DNA of 59,535 nucleotides, counting the filler, from Dugesia japonica (taxonomy: Eukaryota): NCBI GenBank assembly GCA_001938525.1. It is 5 parts of 5 records of this genome, joined end to end, with 100 filler letters (N's around TTAATTAATTAA, not from the genome) between each part and the next. Parts side by side here need not be neighbours in the genome. Positions count along the whole stretch, not along the records: positions 48,041 to 59,535 come from MQRL01602944.1; 4 more parts are not named here. One strand, written 5' to 3'. Of the stretch, positions 50,607 through 59,535 are shown one piece after another. The notes beneath the pieces were generated by a model. That model searched no databases. It was not told where the DNA came from and saw only the letters and a program-made list of their open reading frames with translations. Numbering within the stretch: the stretch's first letter is position 1; each line of letters begins with the position of its first letter. Position numbers and translations under genes: made by a program.

Positions 50607-51132
50607 GTAAGTAAACATTCATTTCATATTGATGTGTGTTGAAGGTGGAAAATTATTATTGATAATTATTAATTTGCTTATTTAATATATTATTGATAAA
50701 TGAGTTTTNTTATTATATCATGTTTAGANTCGAATAGAATATATATTAATTTAATAATCAAATTATTATTAATTTTAAATGAAATGCTGTTGTTGGGTTT
50801 TTAGGATTTTTAAATAATTTGAATTTAATATCTGCATGCCTCGACCTCGCTTATTTTCTTAAATGCATAAGTGCGATTTATTTCGTCTAGGGGCATACCT
50901 AAAAACCACAAGCATTTGAGTCACCTCTGTGATATGCCCCTCTTCCCACGAGTTCAGCGCCACTTTGCGGTATCGCGTCTTACGTTTCCTTTTCACGAAC
51001 CCTCATCTCAATCACTCTTAATTACTCAGTATTGATTTTACATAAATCAGGTTTGATAAAATTTAACTGGTCATACATAACCGCGAATAAACACAAAAAA
51101 AATCAATCACGTTGAGAACTATTTATTCGCAT

Positions 51133-51442
51133 CTATTCACATGTATCTAAATCCACCGTGGCATTCCCTTCGCAAGGATCATCCACTGGGTTTCGATACA
51201 ACAACCACAGTGCCCTCAAATTGTTGAACACCATGGCCTTTTGATAATTTCGGCCATCAACCGGTTGGCTTGCTGCAAGGCCAACTCTTTCTCTTTTAAT
51301 TGTTGATATTTGCTACTATGCTTGGTAACCTAACTTTTCAGTTGCAGCACTTCATTTCGTAGCGCCCGACGCTCCTCTTTCCATTTCTTCTGTATGGCTA
51401 GCATTTCTTTCGATGGAGTCTTATTATCTTTTGTCAGATTCA
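51133..51442 (-). pseudogene. coiled-coil cassette (A|TG start), two in-frame stops
   Basis: tttcAG|TGAAT; (M)NLTKDNKTPSKEMLAIQKKWKEERRALRNEVLQLKS*...DLDTCE*; minus-strand AATAAA at 51127-51122. Confidence 0.55.
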
Positions 51443-51942
51443 CTGAAATAATCAAAATAGTTTATTTCAGCATTAATTATTAAACTAAGTAACAGTTGAA
51501 TTATAAATCANNNNNNNNNNNNNNNNNNNNNNNNNNNNNNNNNNNNNNNNNNNNNNNNNNNNNNNNNNNNNNNNNNAAAATAAGAGTCGATTATAATCCA
51601 CAGCATGATTCAAATAAAATTTATTTCACGACTCTTGATTCGAACAAAAAAATTGTCCGATGGTTACCCCGTCTCTTCGTCAATAATCATAACCACAGTT
51701 AACTCGTTATGTTTCAATATGCTCTAATTTGCGCATGCATTTCTCATCTTTATTCTTATTTTTATTTATTTAATTAACAAAACAAATTCTATTTATCTAA
51801 CAATTAAAATTTAAAATCATTCAAAGATTGCCTCTGCAATTATAGTGACATATATATCATTTTAATTTTCCATACTAAAATGTAAACAAAACAGAACAGC
51901 AAAACAACTCTCATCTGAAAACGCTACACATTTTATTTAGTA

Positions 51943-52356
51943 TTATTCACAGGCGATTTCGGGATGGAACCGCTCAGGCTCATCAAATCCCGAATAACCG
52001 CAACTTCCTCTTCTTCTGCTGCGACTCCAGGCTATTTTCTCATCTGCAGCACTCTCTACAGCAGCCCCAGGCAATTGGGTCTCTTCAATGACATCTTTCG
52101 CATCACTCGCCTCGAGGGTCGTCATCAGTCGATCCCATTGCGACGTGAGTAGCTTATTATTCGCCTCGAGTATGGTAACCCGCAAATTGGCTACCTCGAG
52201 ATCCGCCCTCAAATCATCGGCATCTTCTTTCCGAGCTATCTTCTCATCACGGATCATTGTCTGGACCTCCGACCCTTCAATGTAGTAACATCCGTTATTG
52301 TCGATGTATGGCCATATATAGCGTGGTCTTTTCAAATTTCTTCTGCCTTTTGCCAT
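51943..52356 (-). CDS. coiled-coil cassette protein (137 aa), unknown function
   Basis: Acceptor tactAG directly before ATG; GC-richer open frame with heptads LRADLEVANLRVTILEANNKLL; AATAAA just after stop. Confidence 0.7.
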   Translation of the reverse strand: MAKGRRNLKRPRYIWPYIDNNGCYYIEGSEVQTMIRDEKIARKEDADDLRADLEVANLRVTILEANNKLLTSQWDRLMTTLEASDAKDVIEETQLPGAAVESAADEKIAWSRSRRRGSCGYSGFDEPERFHPEIACE

Positions 52357-52424
52357 CTAGTAATTATATTCATATTTATTAATTTACTCTACATACAACA
52401 ACGATTAAAATACAATAAAATTAG

Positions 52425-52582
52425 AATTTTTTAACCTCCCATGATTTACACGATTTCTTCGGCCTACGGCCTGTCATCATTTCCCCCGTCTCATAACGCG
52501 AACTAGAGAAGATACCCGCTGGTAACAGGTATCTTTTCTCGATCCCGCTATCGTCCAACACTATTGGTCATTCCCTACTCAT
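52425..52582 (-). pseudogene. small degenerate cassette
   Basis: MSRE*PIVLDDSGIEKRYLLPAGIFSSSRYETGEMMTGRRPKKSCKSWEVKKF*; GC-richer island. Confidence 0.3.
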
Positions 52583-53116
52583 TAGTAAACCGTTGCATTA
52601 CGATTTATTTTGTACGAAAAATGGTTATTAATAATTAAAACACCTCTATTGATTATAAGAAAATAATCACATAAGATAAACAATAATAAATAAATCAATA
52701 AGAATAATGAATAATGTTTTTTATTATTTATTAAATATTCATATGACTTTGGACAAGGAAAAAAAATGATTTTCTCATTCAAAATATAATAACCCAAACA
52801 ATAATCCCATCAGGGTATAAAAAGAAATTAGCTATAATATTTGTACCCGTTGAAATCTGACAAAACCTAATTTCGCTCTACAATTCGCGGCTTCACCTGC
52901 ACTCCTCTATGCGTGAACGCCATTCGGCGAATTCCTCTGAATCCCCGTGATTTCTCAATTCATATTTTTTAAGCCACATTACGAAATTGTCTCATCCTTA
53001 AATCGTCACCTCATTTTTAATTCAAAAAGAGTCTGGGGCGGCACTCGGACATGATGATTTTATGTCATTTAACAAATTGATTTTAATATAAAATAAATAA
53101 ATGAACAAATATTTAC

Positions 53117-53152
53117 TCGGTGATAGATGTTGATAGAATGTTCTGGAGGCTT
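53117..53152 (-). other. putative leader micro-exon (element B, minus strand)
   Basis: ttttacAG|aagcctccagaac...caccgA|GTaaat upstream of minus-strand cassettes. Confidence 0.4.
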
Positions 53153-54624
53153 CTGTAAAATGGATTTGATGACTTAAAAAATTTCAACTGATTTTCCCAA
53201 AATGTTTTTAAAAATTCTTTAAAATCTTCTGCTCCTGATTTCGATGGCTTAAGAATTTTGATAATTTTTCTAAAAAGGTTTTCACGTAAAATTTTTAAAA
53301 ATTATTCTGTCTATTTTTTCCAAGTAATCTGGTTTTATCATTTTATCGACATCACGACTGGGGAGCTCTCATTACTCGCCCAATCGTCATAGACATGATT
53401 GCTAAAAGTAATCATTTCTCAACTGGGTTTAATGATCACCTATTAAAATTAATCAGCAGAATCTGTAACTTCCTCAACAAATTTCTGTTTAGCATCAGTT
53501 GACACACCACCTACGTATGATAACCCGTACCACGGTGCTCAAGACACCATTTTAATTGTACAAACACTCAAAAATCGATAGACTGAAGGATTAGTAATCG
53601 TGCTTCGCATTAGTGTGTGTTGGTGAGTCGGACACAAGTAACTGACTCAACTCGTCTAGCATTATTTAGCTCTGCATTAGTGATACACTATCTCCACACA
53701 AAATGACTCGCAATTCGATATCAATGGAAATCAATTAATCCGAGGTAATGACAAATGAAATAACTAAACCCCAACATTGAAATCCAGCAAATATGGTTTA
53801 TGTCAGGGAATTATTGAAAATCCACATACCTCCAAATAGGATCTAAATCTGAGCTCTTAACGCTCCTTTCGTTAGACTATTTTATAAATTTGTGGATTTT
53901 ATTAGGAAAATTCTTAAACAGGTCATTAAGCCAAGGGATCTAGAAAGCTAAATTGATACTAGATTATTCAAATTTTCTTTTTGTGGATTAATGATAAGCC
54001 ATTTCAAAAAATATTCTTGATGGTTTTCAATAATCAGATGCAAGCCTGTTTTCTGCCACCATCAACATCAACCGTAGGGCCTCAAGTGTGGACTATTCCT
54101 ACTAAAGTAATAATGTCTAGTTTGGTATCCTTAATTAGTGTTCCTCTTTGCAATTAACAAGGTAATATTCCATTAATTAGTATTGATTTTGTTTTTTGGT
54201 TTAAGTATTATGTAAAACAGAAAATATATTTTGCTTTTTAAAGATTCCATTTTAGTGTAAAACCTACACAGTTATTTAGTTCATAAATTATTGGCACTAC
54301 TCCTTATATAGCTCCGAATGTTACTATTATCATAATTGTTATGATATCATAACAGATTCAGGATTTAGCTTAATAATTTTTTTTTCAGTTTAAATTTTTT
54401 TTATGCATCACAACACAATTTAATCGACACTAGTCGTGTACGTTGACGTGGCATAGTAACCCAAGTTGGTATAGGGTTGCCCAAATACTTTTCGGATCCT
54501 GGATGGACAAGTTCGTTAATACAAAATATTCGGGATAATATGGTTTGATGCATAAATTAAGTTGCTTGTATAAACATGATGATTTTAATATGTCCTTAAT
54601 TGTATTAAGTGACGTTTTTAGATA

Positions 54625-54810
54625 ATGCCAGCCGATCTAATCCGTACCTTAAGATTAATCCGCAAAGAAAGAAAAACGGCCAGGTTAAAACAACTGATTG
54701 CCCATAAGTTATCGCGAGGCCGGATCGAACATCCTGACGAAACTGATTTAAGTTGTTTCGCCAAGATGTTCCCGTTATCATCGAAGGTGGACATCGATGA
54801 GGAGTTATGA
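54625..54810 (+). CDS. cassette protein 1 homologue (61 aa)
   Basis: Acceptor at 54621, AATAAA 54846; homologous to 15885-16067. Confidence 0.75.
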   Translation: MPADLIRTLRLIRKERKTARLKQLIAHKLSRGRIEHPDETDLSCFAKMFPLSSKVDIDEEL

Positions 54811-54936
54811 CCTCTTCAACAATGCAATTTGTTTTATTTGACAGAAATAAATATAAACCTTGTTACAAAAATTTTTTTTATTGATACATAGATTTGTACC
54901 ATAAATTAAATCCAAATTGAGTTTAATATTTACAGA

Positions 54937-55349
54937 ATGGATTTCGTATGGGAAACCCTTCTCGACGTCCGCACAAATAGAATCATATTTAAACTTTATC
55001 AATACCCTTATGATCGGAATGCGGGTGTGTTGCGAGACTACGCTTATATGCCATCATCGACGCTGATAACGTACGAGAGTGGGACGCATTCAAGCGGAAT
55101 GCTTATTATAAGTAGCGAGGCCCCGATCGCACAAGATAAGTGCTTCATCGCGCCACGGTCATCAACCCGTTAACAGGTGAAACCACTGGCGAGTGGAGGG
55201 ATGGCCCAGCATATGTAGTCTTGTCTGCTGCACACTTGCTGCTCAATACTACTTTGCACACCGACCTAAGCAATACGTTGTGGGACTTGCGAAATAGTGC
55301 AAGTGGTGGATCGCTGGAAAATAACGCGCCTTATTCTTCAAATGAATAG
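54937..55349 (+). pseudogene. cassette protein 2 homologue, frameshifted
   Basis: Acceptor tacAG 54935; ORFs 54937-55173 and 55140-55349; AATAAA 55379. Confidence 0.65.
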
Positions 55350-55536
55350 ACTCAGAATTTTGATTTTCACTTAATGTTAATAAATGTGTTGTAATAGTTA
55401 AATCAGTTACTGTCTCCTTGAATCCTTTTCGTATTAGTAAAAATAGTTAAATAGGAAATTTTGAATTCCTTTTCTTAATGGATTTAATTTCTTAATTTAA
55501 ATGTGTTTTAATAGACATAAAAATTTTTCTTTCCAG

Positions 55537-55839
55537 TGCATTCATCAATAAATAGACCGACAGCCCCTACCAAGAAATTAAGGGAGTATAGTAATGATGC
55601 CGAAATCACTCCATCTGCCGAAGCCAAGGTCAGACGGTATAAAAAGAAATGCCCAGCATTTAAAACAGAAGCCAAAGCATCTCATAATCAAGAAAGGGTT
55701 TGGAAATCCCGATAAGAATCTTTCACTGAGATCATCCGGTCCAGCCAAGACCGAAAAAAAACTGGTTGACGATATTTTAAAATTACGGAAGGCCATGCCA
55801 CTCGCACCACCTATGGTGGATAGAGGAGTTCAGACCTAA
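55537..55839 (+). pseudogene. cassette protein 3 homologue (A|TG start), one stop and one frameshift
   Basis: ccAG|TGCAT; (M)HSSINRPTAPTKKLRE..AEAKVRRYKKKC..NQERVWKS..LVDDILKLRKAMPLAPPMVDRGVQT. Confidence 0.75.
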
Positions 55840-55876
55840 CGGCCATGAACTTTGTTCATCGCTTTGATGATAAGTA

Positions 55877-56340
55877 AGTAGATATGAGCGCACCAAACTG
55901 TGGCCCCTTGAGGGGGTACCCCCACGATTTTTTGACACCCCTTTTTAGATTCCGCCCACTTTTTATCTTTTTCTCCGCCCATTTTTTTGGCCACTCCCCC
56001 ATTTTTTCCACGCCCACTTTTCATCTTTTTCTCCGCCCACTTTTTTGCCCGCCCACTTTTTGGTGACTCATTTTTTTCCAAAAAATTTTCTATGTCAAAA
56101 CAAAGAAATTTAGATACCCCCTACCCCCTCCGGCCATTTTGGATTTTTTGTGATGAGTCATACTTTTTTTCGAAAATTTTTCTATGTCAGAACAAAGACA
56201 TTTTACCCCTCCCCCCTCCCCTACCCTTACCCCCTCCGGCCATTTTGGATTTTTGATGACTCATACTTTTTAAGAAAATTTTTCCATGTCAGAACAAAGA
56301 CATACCCCCTCCCCCTCTCACGTAAATACATAACTTTAAA
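55877..56340 (+). mobile_element. putative Polinton-like left terminus (AGTAG...) with CCGCCCA and TGA(C/G)TCA repeats
   Basis: AGTAGATATGAGCGCACC, gggggtaccccc palindrome, about 5 cgccca repeats, three gactca..ttttctatgtc..aacaaaga units; related to 9231-10135. Confidence 0.55.
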
Positions 56341-57474
56341 AATTTTGTTTTAATAAAGAATTTTTTTTGGTTTTAATTTTTTTTATTGTTTTAATATTTT
56401 TTTTTTGGTTTTAGTATTTTTTTTTAATATTATCTTTTATTATTTTTTTTATATAAATATTAATTTTTTTTAAGGTGACATGTTTTTTTTTCTAGGTGTG
56501 TTGAAAAAAAACGTGACTTATCCATGTCTTTGTTAAAATTGCATTCTAACTGCAGGTCTTTGTTAATTTTGCATTCTTTTTTTCCCTACACACACATGAA
56601 ACATCTTAACAAAATTAAGACGAACCAATGATAATATAATATGAATGATNNNNNNNNNNNNNNNNNNNNNNNNNNNNNNNNNNNNNNNNAATTCTCATTT
56701 CATTGTTTTTTTTCGAATTAAAATAAAAATGAATCCGGATCAATTTCAATGGAGGCACGCTGTCGCGGATACCTGCAATGAGCAAGCAGTGGTAACATTA
56801 TTTTTTCTTTTTAAATGCAATTTTTTTTGTTTTTCATTAATATTTTTTATTTTTTTTTTAAATTTTTAAAATTTTTTTTTGTAAAATGTTTTTTTTTATT
56901 AAAAATATTCATTTTTAAATTTTTTGTTTAGTTTCTTTTTATTTGTCAAATTTTTTAAAATTTTGATAAAATACTCAAGAAAACAAAATATCTGGTTACA
57001 TTAAAATTTTTTTTTGAATTTATCAACTAAACTATATATATATAATCACAAACCAAAATTATTGATTTTTTTTTATTTAAATTTTTTTTTGGTAATTTTA
57101 GTTGATTTGAAATTTTTTGTTTTCGGAAAATTATTATTATTATTTTTTTGTATTTAAAAATATTATCGAGTGACACATNNNNNNNNNNNNNNNNNNNNNN
57201 NNNNNNNNNNNNNNNNNNNNNNNNNNNNCATTTCTATATTCTTTTTTTTTGCATTTCGAAATAAAATCGCGTTTAAAAATTTAATTTGATTACATAATAG
57301 TAATAGTGAGATGACTTTTTAGCGACCTGAGGGAACCCTCGGCTTCGCCTCGTCTCCCCCAGTTCACTAAAAGTCATCTCACTATTACTATCATTTATTT
57401 GGGGTTTTTTGATTCGCATTTAATTTACTATAATGAAATATAATTGCGAAATATTCTATTATTATTTAGATTTT

Positions 57475-58068
57475 AGATAAAAATGTGAAAATAAAATGTC
57501 AAAATAAAATGTGAAAATAAAATGTGAAAATAAAATGTGAAAATAAAATGTGAAAATAAAATGTGAAATAAAATGTCAAAATAAAATGTCAAAATAAAAT
57601 GTCAAAATAAAATGTCAAAATAAAATGTCAAAATAAAATGTNNNNNNNNNNNNNNNNNNNNNNNNNNNNNNNNNNNNNNNNNNNNNNNNNNNNNNNNNNN
57701 NNNNNNNNNNNNNNNNNNNNNNNNNNNNNNNNNNNNNNNNNNNNNNAAAATAAAATGTCAAAATAAAATGTCAAAATAAAATGTCAAAATAAAATGTCAA
57801 AATAAAATGTCAAATCCAAATGTCAAAATAAAATGTGAAAATAAAATGTGAAAATAAAATGTGAAATGTAAAATGTCAAATCCAAAATGTCAAAATAAAA
57901 TCCAAACCCCAGACCTCCAATGTAAATACAAAATGTAAAATGTCAAATCCAAATCCAAATCCAAATCCAAATCCAAATCCAAATCCAAAATCCAAAATCC
58001 AAATCCAAAATCCAAAATCCAAAATCCAAATCCAAAATCCAAATCCAAAATCCAAATCCCCAAATGTC
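57475..58068. repeat. (AAAATAAAATGTS)n and (AAATCC)n subterminal tandem arrays
   Basis: 13-bp units followed by 6/7-bp units. Confidence 0.9.
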
Positions 58069-58117
58069 AAGTATTTAGAGGAATTTTTATTTTTTTAGAG
58101 GGAGCATAAATCCTCAT

Positions 58118-58186
58118 AATCTCATGCTAATCTCATGCTAATCTCATGCTAATCTCGTGCTAATCTCATGCTAATCTCATGCTAAT
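58118..58186. repeat. (AATCTCATGCT)n tandem repeat
   Basis: About 6 copies of an 11-bp unit. Confidence 0.85.
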
Positions 58187-58289
58187 AAATTTCATTCTAG
58201 ATGCTAACCAAGTGCTAGTCAAGTGCTATCAAGGTGCTAGTCAAGTGACAACAAAGTGACTATCGTGATGCAAATTTTTTGTTTATAAA

Positions 58290-58885
58290 ATGGCTCTCGA
58301 TTATGAAAAAGATACATGTGAAAATGTTGAAAAAAACTTAAAGTGTGCAAGTGAGTTTGATCCAAATTTATTTTTGAAAGCTGAAAAAATTTGTTTAGTT
58401 TCTAGATACAAAGAAATTAAAATGAGAAATCCTAAAATTAAAGATTACACTGCAGCAAAAGAAATTGGTGTTTCAACTATTGCATTAAATAAATCATTAA
58501 GAGATTTAAATTTAAAACCANNNNNNNNNNNNNNNNNNNNNNNNNNNNNNNNNNNNNNNNNNNNNNNNNNTTAAAACCAGAAAGAAAAAAATATCACAGA
58601 TTAAAATATTTTTATAATGAAAAAACAGATACTTATATTAAGGATCAATATGGAAATTATTTTTATAATGTGAAAACCAAACACTTTGAACTAATCCCAC
58701 CTAAAGAGTTAAAAATGANTTTAACAGAAAAAAGAAATGAAATTAATTCTGAAATTTCTGAAAAACCAAATCCTGAAAAACCAAAATCCAGAAAAAAAAT
58801 TCGTAATTCTGAAATTGGTGGTAAAATTAATCAAGATTTTGAAAATTCTTTTGACAATGCAATTAATAATTTAGGAAATAATTAA
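58290..58885 (+). CDS. Polinton helix-turn-helix-like protein (gap-interrupted)
   Basis: EIKMRNPKIKDYTAAKEIGVSTIALNKSLRDL has an HTH pattern; probably continues through 58670-58885. Confidence 0.5.
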
Positions 58886-58901
58886 ATTTTTTATTAATAA
58901 A

Positions 58902-59535
58902 ATGGAGGGGATTAGAGAGCTTATATTAGAAGATGAAGAATTTAAAAATGATTTATTAAAAAATTATAATTTAATTTTAACTTCNNNNNNNNNNNNNNNN
59001 NNNNNNNNNNNNNNNNNNNNNNNNNNNNNNNNNNNNNNNNNNNNNNNNNNNNNNNNNNNNNNNNNNNNNNNNNNNNNNNNNNNNNNNNNNNNNNNNNNNN
59101 NNNNNNNNNNNNNNNNNNTATAAAACTGAGTTGGAAAAATATAAAGAACATGATATGGAAAAAGTAGAAAATATTATGAAAGAAGAAAAATTCAAAATTC
59201 AAAATAAAAGTTATTATACAATATATTATACAATATATTATACAATACAATATTATACAATACAAAATATTATACAATCGTTTAAAAATTATGATGAATA
59301 GATCCAAACAAATACTTTAAGAAATAGTAAAAATGCCAACAGAAATTTATACAAAAGATTTAGTAAATTTTTTAAATATTACTCAAAAATTAAATTCAAA
59401 AATTAACCACCAAAAAAATATTATTAAGATTTTATCAGTAATTATTTTAACATTAATTTTGCCAATACTTTTATATTCAGTTGAATCACTTGCATATTTT
59501 ATTGACTTGGTTATAAATTTTTTCTATAGAAAATG
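58902..59535 (+). pseudogene. Polinton hypothetical protein, gapped/degenerate
   Basis: ttaataaaATG start as in other Polinton genes; K/E-rich frame; no family recognised. Confidence 0.3.

Larger units (their letters stand above)
49623..55876. mobile_element. unclassified TG..CA cassette element (copy B), right end interrupted
   Basis: Starts tgttggggtgaaacacc; promoter block and three plus-strand cassettes collinear with copy A. Confidence 0.72.
57299..59535 (+). mobile_element. left end of a second, related Polinton
   Basis: AGTAATAGTGAGATGACTTTTTAGC resembles the reverse complement of the 47777 terminus; tandem repeats; tttagaggaatttttattttttagagg motif at 58074. Confidence 0.82.

Noticed and set aside
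55836-56353. Lys-, Phe- and Pro-rich ORFs
   Set aside because: Translations of subterminal repeats
47777-57299. Pairing the two Polinton termini as one element
   Set aside because: They face away from each other, are on different contigs and differ in repeat units
57475-58070. Possible CRISPR array or the FGFWIWILD-repeat ORF 57876-58070
   Set aside because: Head-to-tail short tandem repeats with no unique spacers; the ORF is a by-product of the repeat

Overview
Very AT-rich eukaryotic (probably invertebrate) draft sequence. It consists of five pieces joined by identical 100-nt spacers (44N+TTAATTAATTAA+44N at 10617, 23647, 34076 and 47941), so adjacency across spacers is not trustworthy. 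The window is dominated by mobile DNA: two mariner elements, Tc1, MULE and R2-like remnants, two hAT MITEs with 8-bp TSDs, a compact degenerate Ty3/Gypsy element with LTRs, PBS and TSD, and several Gypsy remnants. A nearly complete but decayed Polinton/Maverick (adintovirus-like) spans 34176-47777 with MCP, PLA2, integrase, ATPase, protease, penton, a PZ-like gene and pPolB, and further Polinton-type ends occur elsewhere. One host gene fragment (RRP8) is recognisable. The most unusual signal is a family of elements with no recognisable transposase: copy A (13669-18978) and copy B (49623 to about 55876). They have TGTTGGGGYGAAACACC termini, inward-facing CCAAT/TATA promoter blocks and leader micro-exons ending in A. 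They also carry arrays of small single-exon cassettes, each with its own acceptor and poly(A) signal. Several cassettes start AG|TG, so splicing would create the start codon. Three cassette proteins are conserved and collinear between the two diverged copies.
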